Origin: Magallana gigas
Lineage: Eukaryota
DNA: 64,000 nt
Assembly: GCF_963853765.1 (NCBI RefSeq)
Contig: NC_088862.1
Span: 29,202,001-29,266,000 of the forward strand
Direction: 5' to 3'
Positions 25,369-36,189 of this stretch are shown piece after piece. The notes beneath the pieces are model-generated. The model searched no databases. It was given only the letters and a program-made list of their open reading frames with translations, and was not told where the DNA came from. Numbering within the stretch: position 1 is the first letter of the stretch; every line of letters starts with the position of its first letter. Position numbers and translations under genes: made by a program.

Positions 25369-25539
25369 TAAGCAATAAGGAATCATTAATATTCTTTGAG
25401 TATTATGAGGTGATAATTTCGGTTGGGGCGTGGTCAAATCCAATAAAGGCCGAAGGGCTATATGATACACTGTAGATTAGACCACGCTCCAACCGAAATT
25501 ATCACCTCATAACATTTAAGGATAATTCCTTATTACTTA
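25369..25539. mobile_element. Foldback-ended non-autonomous DNA element (body probably continues to ~25920); related remnant at ~33835-33960
   Basis: 33-bp arms 25403-25435 / 25480-25512 (1 mismatch) within outer TAAGCAATAAGGA / TCCTTATTACTTA; GACCACG..C.AC.GAAATTATCACCT.ATAA recurs at ~33880-33910. Confidence 0.7.
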
Positions 25540-26074
25540 TATTGATATTATTTCCAATTGGTACAATTTAAAACAACTTTATTTTAAAACCACTATTTTA
25601 TGTAGCACATGCTATATATAATTAATTACTATCCGGCGCAGCGAATACCGTTTTTCGGTTATACCATAAGACACGCCCATTTTGTGTGACTCGTGTTTTA
25701 TGAAATTATTTGGTTTTAGGGTTCAAAATTGATTCATAATGTTACATCACAGACAATGACAGTTGAAAATGTAAATATATATAGGTACATTGGGTTTTAA
25801 TAAATTTTCAACTGTTGTAAAGCAAAAATCGTTGTAGATGTTTACAGGTTTCTTTATATGCTAGTTTACTGAAATAAAAAGGATTTAAAATGTTGCTATA
25901 CTAGTTATCCGATAATTATGCTCATCATCGGGATTTTGTGAACGCATGGATTAAAAATTCACGTAGGTTCCGAAGGGGTGGAATATGATGAAAAATATGA
26001 CGATGGCAGGAAAATATGAAGTTGTATTGCCCTGGCTCATGATTGTCTAGAACCAACGAAGTACATGTATAGTG

Positions 26075-26078
<4 letters not shown>

Positions 26079-26160
<82 letters not shown>
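26079..26160. repeat. (TC)n microsatellite
   Basis: Direct reading; one interruption. Confidence 0.97.
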
Positions 26161-26161
<1 letters not shown>

Positions 26162-26428
26162 GTAGATGCAGTCATGCAATGTTTATTTTCACGTGCTCTT
26201 ATCGTAGGCTTTTGATGAAATAATTTATTCCCAGCTTGTTCTCACAAACATTTCTCCATTTTTCATTTTCTTTTTGATAAATAATGATTATATTTACTTT
26301 ATATATCCGCAGGTTTCTTTATTCAAAACGTGAAAGGTAAGCCCTTCGTTTATTATTTGTATACCTTCTTTTTTTTTTAAACCTTTGCCCCTTTCAAACA
26401 ACAAATGTATCTTCAATGTGTGTGAGAA

Positions 26429-26430
<2 letters not shown>

Positions 26431-26492
<62 letters not shown>
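26431..26492. repeat. (TC)n microsatellite
   Basis: Direct reading. Confidence 0.97.
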
Positions 26493-26496
<4 letters not shown>

Positions 26497-26991
26497 CAAC
26501 TAAAATATTCTATGATTACGTGTACATGCAATTTAATCTTTTACACGAATCTAGATTGCAAGAAAACCAGGTCGTAAGAGTATGCATGAAAACTAATATT
26601 CGATCCCGGGGGACAATCGGCCTTAATCCGCTCCCCCAAGAGATCGGGTGTTTGACCGGTAGCGTATCTCATTTCACGGTCACTTCTCCTCAGAGCACAG
26701 GCAATCATCAACGCATCGTTATAGCAGCAACTTTCTATTTGTTTTGAAAAATAAGAGAACATCTCCTAGCCAGTTTTACTTGCTGATGACCTGCAAGCCT
26801 GTTACTCGCAAATGCGCTCGTTTATTGCAAATTTCTGCATTGGAACATCTTCTCATGCATGCATGAATTTCCATTCACACTCTATGAATTATGCTATGAT
26901 GAATTGCAGAATTAATTTTGTAGATTTTTTGCTGGGTTAATATTATAATGTAACACGCAATGATAAAATTAATAAACAATGGTTAGCCCGA

Positions 26992-27032
<41 letters not shown>
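26992..27032. repeat. (CT)n microsatellite
   Basis: Direct reading; one interruption. Confidence 0.95.
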
Positions 27033-27038
<6 letters not shown>

Positions 27039-27477
27039 AAAGGAGAAAACATAATAATGCTAAAACATTATGAATTTAAGAGACATTATACGATAAATAC
27101 CGTTGCCATGACGATGACATTTGTTCCGTGGAACCATCCATTGCTTCCCGTTATTAACTAAATGACCTTTTCGTGGCGGTCGGAGGAAAATAACGCGGTG
27201 GATAATTATCCCCAATGATGGTTTTAACAGATTCAAATATCACACGCAAAAGCAGAGTCCAGTGATAGGATGTTACGGAAGGTTTCGGGCTTTATCGCAA
27301 CATTAAAGCATATTCGGAATGTACATACCGTGTAATTACATATCCACGTGTAACTTCATATAATGCCGAGTTCATGGAAATCTGTGCAGTTGGTGAAAAA
27401 AATATCGACAGTTATCTTTTGAAAGTTGAATATTTTTTCTGTTGAGCTGTGAATGCGGACGACGAGATGATTTGGTA

Positions 27478-28111
27478 ATGCGACGTCATAGTGACGAAAT
27501 GCGAAGGAATCTAAACGAAGAGGACCCACGCTATTCCGACGAAAACGAATATAGTTCAGGATCATCTGAGGATACCCACACATCCAAAGCCCGGAAAAGG
27601 AAGCCACGAAACAGTTCCGGAGGAGAAGACAAAAACAGTGAATTTAATTTCGACGGGACGCCCGTCCCCAAGCAGCGAATGGCTGCGAACGCTCGGGAGA
27701 GGGACAGGACGCATAGCGTCAACACCGCCTTTGTGACGCTTCGGACGCTCATTCCGACGGAACCCGCGGACAGGAAATTATCCAAAATTGAGACACTGAG
27801 ACTGGCTACGAGTTACATAGCTCACCTGAACACGGTGCTGATGGTGGGTTCGGACTGTGTGGACCAGCCCTGTATCAAACACCAGGCCATGATCCGAGGC
27901 GGGGTGGATAATCTACCCAAGACACTGTGTACGTTTTGTCTCAGCGCCTCCAAAACGAGACCGGTAAGGACATGTTTAAGTTATTTTTTTTATATTTCAC
28001 ATTAAGGATATAAAAAGAGATAAGAGATAAGTGAATATTTTTACGTTACAAAATGAATGGACAATTTTAGATGTAAAAGAAGAATCAGATTTGAAAAGAA
28101 AATATTTAAGA

Positions 28112-28158
<47 letters not shown>

Positions 28159-30974
28159 TTAAATGAGGATGAAAAATTCTCCACCTCCTCAGGAAACAAC
28201 GGATTGCGAGAATCATTAAAACAGGAAGCAGAATGCATTCACGAAGCTTTTTGTATGATTATGTTTTTCTATAAGCAAAAACATTGAAAAGTTATAATAA
28301 GATATAAAAGTTTTATGAAAAAAAGAAACAAACTAACAACTGTACTCATTTGTAGATAGCCCGAGACGATAAATATTACTGAAAAACCAATGAGTAGCTA
28401 AAAAAATATTGATATAAAAAATTAGAAAGAGAAGAATATAATATGTGTCCGCAGAAAACATCTGTCCAATAATTAAGAAAATTTCAATGTTTTGGGGGGT
28501 TTTCTTTTGTTTGTTTAAATTATTAATGAACATGATATATATTTTACATGTACATATTTTTAATATGTGCTTGAAATATGAAGTGCTCATACAACTTTAC
28601 AGAACTTATTTCAGATACAATGAAAAATATTTAATTTTTCTATTTAAATAATACTACTAAAGCTGTAATCATAGAGATGAAAGAAAATGATTTATGACAA
28701 AACTCTTTAAAAAAAAAATCAATAAACTTGTCAAAGATAATTGAAAATTGTGGACTGATAAAATGAAAATTAGCATTTGTAATTTTTTTTTCAATAAAGC
28801 GCAAATTTTGTACGGTAATCACCTTTAACCTTTTCTTCTATAGCTGTAACAAACGTCACTGAAAGAGGTAATTAGGATTCCAAGGAGATTTCTAATCCTG
28901 TTTACACAGTTATAAAATGATATGTGACTCGTAGACATGTACGGTAGATATAGATATGAATATCTGAAGATGAACGGAAATAAACGTAATTGTATTTATA
29001 TTTTCAAATAAATTGGTAAATTATTTGTTTTTAATCAAATCACGCTTAGCTATTTTTGGCCACAGTGCTTATCATAATACAGGTTTATATATTACTTTTA
29101 AAAAACCCCATAATAATTCATTTGTTATATTTACCCATGGAGCATCTATACACTTCCTAAGATCCTACTGTACATGTACATATTACAATCGTTATGGTTT
29201 TTTTCTGTCGATTTCTTTTAATTCTAATTTAAAACTTATATCTAGAGCAAAAATTCCTACATAGTATTTTCATTAAAGAGTTAAAATTGCTTTATATTCA
29301 CGCCAGCATCATGAAAATATTTGATTCTCTTCGCGTATTCTCGCGAGATTTCCCGGGGTCGGGATCTGTGGCGAGACAAATGAAAACTCTGACCTGAGGG
29401 AGAAAGTTTAAACAAACTATTTAGTTTGTTTAGGATACCGTATCCTTCAACAGGCCCACCGAATCAAAACACGACCTCTTACAATCTACATGATGGACAC
29501 GAAGCCACGCTCGCTACTGCACATTTCTAACAGATCTAATAAATATTGTTATATAGCATGATAATCGGTAAAAAAATGGATGTAACTATTGTATTTAAAA
29601 TAGAAGTCTTCAAAACTAACGTACAGCTATTCTACTACCTTCCGATAAAAAAGAAGAAACAGTAAACAAATTAAAAGGTTCAATTATATGATACGAAACA
29701 AAGCTAAAAAAAAAAAAAAAAAAAAAAAAAAATCAACAACAACAACAGAAAAGCTCAAACAAAACAAGCAAAAGACAAAAATGTTATGGATTAAAATCGA
29801 AGTAAACAATATTTATATTTTACTTAAAAGTATGCGTATCTATTTAATTGTGCATATCCGACGATGATACAAATATGATATGATCGAATAAATGAAACTG
29901 GAAAAAAAAATATAAATAACAATATGATTATAAAAAAATAAATATCATTTTTCCTTTCTGAAATTTCCCTATCTTAGCAACAACAAAAAAATACATATAT
30001 TAAAAGGTAAAATATGATGAAAAGTAACAAACATACACAATCAATGCGTAATTTATTAAAACTATTTCAATCAGCTTGTTTTGAATTATGAGCATGCTTG
30101 AAACAAACGATTTGGAGAGTACAACGGGTTTTCCTCAATCCCACGCTAGTGAATAATTAAGTGAACAATTGCTCTGACCTCTAGTAAACCCTGCACAACG
30201 GATTCCGTACGTCGATTCTCCCACAGCTGTCTGCGGCCATTTCAAAGATCATTAGTCAATGGCTGGCTGCATGGGAAGGTCTTTGTTTTTTCCGGGAAAT
30301 ATGATGTCCGAAATAACGTTCTCAAACATTTTCCGTTGACCGTTAGATCATGTACAAATGTGTCCAATTTAATAATTTGTAATTGTCTAACCACCTGTAA
30401 TTTAAAAGAAATTAATCGTAATATTACAATATTTTCTATAATTAGAATGTTGATTTGATTTTATTAATTATACGATGCTTTATGTTTTACTTTTGGATAC
30501 GGTAGCATGATACCTTAATTTTTTCTGAAGTTTGCATACCGACGCTAATTCTATTATTAAAATGTAGGCCTACATACTAAAATTATTATATACATAATGC
30601 GAAAACCAGATTGTCATTGAAGCGGAAAAATATGACGTTGATAAAGTCTTGTAAGCTGATAACTGGCCAGAAAAATTACCTGAAAAACTCACACGTGGAA
30701 GTGCGCGTGCATCAGAGATGTCTATATTGCAGACAGCCACCTGGTGGGTCTTAGTGTTACGTCATTCATTTACGTTCGCAGATTTGTAAAAGACATGTAA
30801 ATGTAACTTAGTACATGTATCTATCAAAGCGCAAACTTAAGATACATGCACCTCTAGCTCGCTCTCACTCACTCATTCACTCATTCACTCACTCACTCTC
30901 CCTCCTTTTTTCAGATTCGTGGAGACAGCTGTATGTATAAGGACACCAGACACGCCCCCTCCTGCCGACGGTAG
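27478..30974 (+). CDS. TCF15: Paraxis/scleraxis-family bHLH transcription factor, 2 exons (27478-27963, 30915-30974), 181 aa
   Basis: b[55 protein letters not shown] followed by the QPC and CTFCLS motifs typical of TCF15/SCX. Donor CCG|GTAAGG at 27964, acceptor TTTTTTTCAG| at 30914; exon 2 reads [19 protein letters not shown]; AATAAA at ~31030. TCF15 versus SCX cannot be separated outside vertebrates. Confidence 0.88.
28115..28156. repeat. (GA)n microsatellite in the bHLH intron
   Basis: Direct reading. Confidence 0.95.
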
Positions 30975-31860
30975 ACCCACGGTGCCCGGACTGCCATTAT
31001 TTATTTGTATATTGATGAAGTATTATTGAAATAAAATTTAAAAACTTATCAAATTGTTAGGTGTTATGCGATTTCTTCCACACTATTTACGTATCAAGGA
31101 GTGTTTATTTTAATTTATTTTAAAATTAAAAAAACAAAAAATTGCCGTAAACAAGGTTTTTGCTTTACACTGCACCTGATAATTATAATCATAACGTCTG
31201 ATTACTAATTAAAGTTTTACAAGTCATTATCACCACTGTCAATTTTACCAAGATGTCGTCAGTCTGATTTCGTAGGTAATTTATTATTTTATGCTGCCTT
31301 ATTTTCTCTGGTTAAAAGCGAAATAATTGAACAAATGTAAGTTGTGAAAACTCTAGACGTATAGGAATAATAGGATGTCATTTCTTTCGTCTATGTCTGT
31401 TGATTACTTAAATCTGACTTTAAATTTGAGAAAATGTTTTTTTAGCCTAGATGGTGCACAAGCCAACTTGAAACCTATAAAAAGAACAAGCTTCTATTTA
31501 CACAGTTAGATATAGGCTGTCGAAAGTTAATTCTATGTTTAACGTAATCCATGAGCGTAGGTTTAGGATAAATTGTGTTTTAGAAAAATAAAACAAAGCC
31601 CTAAAAATGGCCACAGATACATATATATCCAGCCCCTCTTAAAATTAGACTGCTGCAGTACTGCTGTATCCTTCAAATTTAGACTGAGGTGTATTATCAT
31701 CAACTCCGCTACGTAAAGGCTGTCCAAAGTTAATTCATGCTAAACGTAACCCACGCATGTTGAATTGGTTTAAGAGAAATTATGTTTAGAAAAAAAAACT
31801 CCTGTAGTAATTCAATCTTTACCATTAATTTTACTAAAATACTGTAATCTGTAGAAACTC

Positions 31861-31951
31861 ACCTTCGCTAGCCAAGGATTTTCGGTCAACTCTGCTCTAC
31901 ATAAAGTTTATGGGGAGCAGAGTGGACCGAAAACCCTTGGCTAGCGAAGGT
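31861..31951. mobile_element. 91-bp palindromic MITE with 10-bp target-site duplication
   Basis: ACCTTCGCTAGCCAAGG...CCTTGGCTAGCGAAGGT, near-perfect palindrome throughout; GTAGAAACTC on both sides (31851-31860, 31952-31961). Confidence 0.88.
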
Positions 31952-32666
31952 GTAGAAACTCGAAATGTTAATAACATATTTAAGACTATATAGATTAGAT
32001 ACTCAATGGGATTATCAGAAAAGATCATTATGAAAGAAGTAACCTACATGTGGATTTAATACTCACTGTACATGTATTAATGTAATTATAATGGAAACAA
32101 ATTATTTGTTTGAAAATGTTGTTTGTTTTAATTTTTTATCGTCCTGCCTTGTAGGTTTGGTATTTTGAAAGTGACGTTAAACGTAGATTTAAGTTTGGGC
32201 GGCCTGAATACTTGGTGTAACATAATGAGGTCTAAAAATGGTCTAAAATATCGACACACTTGGGATTTGCTATTTACGATCTGGATTCATCATTTATCCG
32301 GAAATTCCAAGTGGGCATAAAAAGCCCGGATCGACGCGGTTCCACTACATAACAATTCCTATTATGCTTATTACTCGCATCAGGACACATTTTAAGATTC
32401 TCAGAAGCGCACCACATAAAAATAGTTACATGTAGCGTTTACGCAACACTTCTAATATCATTGTTATACAATTAATGCATACCATTGATGGAGTCAATAA
32501 GATAGGTTCCCCGTGACCAAGTCTATTACGAATACAGAATATATTAAACATGACTCTTTAACAATACTGAATTTCATTACACCATTTGCTTATTTTTATA
32601 AGAGATATATATTTAATCTTTAAAAACAATAGTTATTGTCAGACACACAGGATACACATCTGTCAT

Positions 32667-33002
32667 CAGGCACGTAGCATCGTTTTTGAAAGTGGGGGGG
32701 GGGGAGGGGGCAGACCCATCAATTTATTTTTCAAAATTTTTCAAAATTTAAAGAAAAAAAAAAAAAAAAGGGGGAATTTAAAGTTTCCAAAATCTTCAAA
32801 ATCCTAATCCGTGGGGGGGGGGTTGCCTCAACTTTACTCCCAATATTTCCTTATTTTCATATCAATTTTTTACTAACTTCCAAAAAAGTGGGGGGGGGGG
32901 GGGGGGCCAACTCCATTATAATTCACTTTTTTATATGTAAATTTTAAAAAATTTGTTCCTGCGAGCAAAAGTGGCCCTGGCCCCCCTGATGCTACGTGCC
33001 TG
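32667..33002. mobile_element. G-run-rich MITE with 15-bp TIR and 5-bp TSD; related remnant at ~60062-60350 (reverse orientation)
   Basis: CAGGCACGTAGCATC ... GATGCTACGTGCCTG, flanked by GTCAT on both sides. Confidence 0.82.
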
Positions 33003-34473
33003 GTCATGCAGTCAACTTAAAGGTAGCTGAAAGGTTAAAAAAAGCCTCCTAAATGTAGAGCCATCCTTTGAATTAGTGGAACATGGTTAATGCAATGCAT
33101 ACTGTGTTGGTGTAGCCAATCTGTTAGCTAATCGTTCAATTTAATAATACCAGAGACCCTAACAATGAGTAGAAGTGTGTATATCATGTAATCCTGTGAA
33201 GACGGAAGATTTAATCGGGGTCTTTAATTACACTATAGTATGCATTTATAAGAGATATCTTATGTTTAATCAAATGCACATTGTAATTGTTCAAAGCGGT
33301 TTGGATTACAAATCTTTTTTTTTCTCTCGTGTCGAAGTGCATGTGGAGTAAAAGACACTTGATACGAAAACATTGTGCATGCCTCCGATTTCGATAAAAG
33401 AAAATTAATCAAGATGTGACCCTAACGAATTCAAACTAGTACAGGTATACATTGTGGTGATCCTTTGACGGACACGAATCGCCCGGATACCGCCTGGACC
33501 AAACTTGCACGCGCCGTGACGTATGTGTCATCTATTCCCCTGCCCGTTTCCGAAAATAAAAAGACCTGCTGTATCTGTTTATCATCGTTTACAATTATGA
33601 ATGGCGGTAAATACTGGCTTTTTCAGACGGGTTTTCTCTCTGCGGCTTCGTTAATGACAAGCATCTATTATAACAAAGAGAAACACTAAAAAGTGATCGA
33701 AAAAGGAGAGAGATTGGGTCACATACCCCAAAAATGTACATTTAGGAAAATCTTAAAAATATAAAAAAAAAAAAAACGACAAAAAAATTGTCTAAAAATT
33801 AAAAGGAGACTGAGACAAATTGCACAGCTTTCCGTAGTCAAATCTAATAAAGCTCAGCGAGCTTTATGACAGGTTTGACCACGTTCCGACTGAAATTATC
33901 ACCTTATAATATTCAAAGAATGATTATTTATTACTTATATTTATATAATTTAGTACAATGGTACGATTAAATGTTAGAACATTGACATATTAATGCGATT
34001 CTTAATTTTTTTTACAATTATCTACACCCAACTTAGACCACAAAAATACGTCAATTGAATCTATTTGACTGTACATTGCAAAAATGATTCGTAGGGCCTT
34101 TAAATCCACCACTTCTTAATGTAAAGCAACCACGTGATAGCAACGCTAGACCCGGAAGAAATAACACCAGTTTAATCGCCATGTTGGAATCTTGAGGTTT
34201 GTAGTCTGTTTATAATTTTTATTTAGTCTGTACGAAAATGGAAGATAATGACATGTGCCGATTCTATCACAGGAATCGACTATTTGATAAGTAAATGGCA
34301 AATAAGTCTTAAAAGAGCAAAATATAAAGCATGCTAACTGGTTTATGTTAACGTTAATATTTGAGAGTTAATCTGCCAATCATATGAATCCTCATTAATT
34401 CTTGATTGAGAAGGAAATTCATTGATTGTTCTTTTATCAGAGCAATCTTATATACCTGAAAAGGTGTCTGACC

Positions 34474-36189
34474 ATGGACCCTAGGACTTGGGCCCAGGAT
34501 GTGTTACGATGTCGTCTCTGTGAGACCCCGAGTCCTCAGATGTACTGTGACATTTGTAACTTATACCTATGTAAAGCATGTGTGGAAGAACATCTCTCAG
34601 ATCGACCCAACGAACACAGCGTGATACCGTTTCTAAATCATTTATTCCCTAATTTATGTCGAATTCATTCCTCAAAAGAATGTGAACTTTTTTGTGAACA
34701 ATGCGAGAAACCCATTTGTGTGAAGTGTGCTTCTTCCAAAGAGCACAGCGGCCATGGGTATGTAGGCATGGTAAAAGCATTAGATAGCCAAAAAGCGGTT
34801 TTAAATAGAGATTTACAGGAACTGGAGAAATTTGTTCTTCCAAAATATCACGAAATTGCAAAAATTGTAAATAATTTCCCAGTTGAAAAAGATATAAAAG
34901 AAAACATCCGGAAATCGACAGCGGCTATCGATAAGCATGGGGATGAATTGCACAGAGAAATTGACAACATTATCAAGCAGATGAAATCTGATCTCGACAA
35001 AATGTCCCAAAATATTGAAGTCCTAAAAAAACACAAGAACAACCTTACAAGCACTATTTCTGAAATCACAAAGAGCATTGCTGATCTGAAGAAATTACTC
35101 AAATGCAGTTATACCGATTCTACCCGTGTATTTGCTTACAAATCCAGAAATGCTGAATTCAAAAGACTTCCACCTAAACTCACAGTTTCTTTGGCAGAAT
35201 TTTCACCTCAGGTTATACAACCAGAACAGCTTCATAAACAGTTTGGTTCCCTTTCAGCTTTCTCTATCGGAATAGAGGAACATGGCTACACACTGGAACT
35301 TCCAAGTGCTGAGTCCTCTCCTGTACACAAACCGATCAATGATGAGCCACGGATCATCACAGTAATAAAAACCGACTACGGAGCCAAAAACAAATTATAC
35401 AGTGTGTCCTGTCTAAATAACAAAGAAATATGGACGCATGGACATGACAAAATACTGAGACTCTATAGCATGTACGGAACATTATTCAAGTCCATCAAAA
35501 CCAAACCAGGTAACCGACCACAGGACATAGCAGTGACAGGAGAAGGGGATCTGGCTTACACTGCTTACTGGGACAACACTGTGAACATTGTGAAGAATAC
35601 TCAGACACAGATAGCTATAAGACTACAGGGTTGGAAACCTCACGGTATTTGCTCTACCTCCTCTGGTGACCTCCTGGTTGCCATGGACAGTGTTGATGAC
35701 ACAGAAACAAAAGTTGTGCGCTACACTGACTTCACAGAAAAACAGACAATCCAATTCAATGACAAAGGACAACCTCTTTTTTCTACTAGTAATCGTTACT
35801 ATAAGCACATCAGCGAGAACAGGAACCTAGATATATGTGTGTCCGACCGTGACGCACGCGCAGTAGTGGTTGTCAATCAGGCCGGGAACCTCCGGTTTAC
35901 CTACACTGGTTATCCCTCTGCTACCAAGGAATCATTCAGACCTGTTGGTATCACAACAGACAGTCATGGTCAAATTTTGATTGCAGACCGTGAAAACAAC
36001 CGTATCCACATCCTGGATCAAGACGGAAAGTTCCTCCGCTACATTGACGACTGTGGTTTAGACGGTCCATACGGTTTATGTGTGGACACCAGAAACAACC
36101 TCTTTGTTTCCGAGAGTGACACGGGTAAGGTCAAGAAAATCGGATATATGTTAACGAATTGTGAACAGTTTATGCCACAAAGAAAATAG
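34474..36189 (+). CDS. RING-less TRIM-like protein (2 B-boxes, coiled coil, NHL repeats), 571 aa, intronless CDS
   Basis: First ATG at 34474 (accATGg, MDPRTWAQDVLRC). B-boxes CRLC..YCDICNLYLCKACVEEH and CRIH..FCEQCEKPICVKC..H..H; NHL repeats RPVGITTDSHGQILIADRENNRIHILD and GPYGLCVDTRNNLFVSE. Likely 5'UTR intron 34197-34440 (GAG|GTTTGT ... TTTATCAG|). Confidence 0.92.
   Translation: MDPRTWAQDVLRCRLCETPSPQMYCDICNLYLCKACVEEHLSDRPNEHSVIPFLNHLFPNLCRIHSSKECELFCEQCEKPICVKCASSKEHSGHGYVGMVKALDSQKAVLNRDLQELEKFVLPKYHEIAKIVNNFPVEKDIKENIRKSTAAIDKHGDELHREIDNIIKQMKSDLDKMSQNIEVLKKHKNNLTSTISEITKSIADLKKLLKCSYTDSTRVFAYKSRNAEFKRLPPKLTVSLAEFSPQVIQPEQLHKQFGSLSAFSIGIEEHGYTLELPSAESSPVHKPINDEPRIITVIKTDYGAKNKLYSVSCLNNKEIWTHGHDKILRLYSMYGTLFKSIKTKPGNRPQDIAVTGEGDLAYTAYWDNTVNIVKNTQTQIAIRLQGWKPHGICSTSSGDLLVAMDSVDDTETKVVRYTDFTEKQTIQFNDKGQPLFSTSNRYYKHISENRNLDICVSDRDARAVVVVNQAGNLRFTYTGYPSATKESFRPVGITTDSHGQILIADRENNRIHILDQDGKFLRYIDDCGLDGPYGLCVDTRNNLFVSESDTGKVKKIGYMLTNCEQFMPQRK

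Noticed and set aside
27442-28005. Single-exon 187-aa model of the bHLH gene
   Set aside because: It starts at a TTG and runs past a strong GTAAGG donor into T-rich intron. The two-exon model from ATG 27478 fits better.
25925-28238. ORFs with RE/SL dipeptide runs (25925-26179, 26385-26747, 26979-27161, 28041-28238; also 45730-45930, 50653-50919, 54497-54682)
   Set aside because: These are translations of dinucleotide microsatellites.
34426-34473. TTG-initiated N-terminal extension of the B-box/NHL ORF
   Set aside because: It overlaps a polypyrimidine/AG acceptor (34440). The ATG at 34474 has a good Kozak context.
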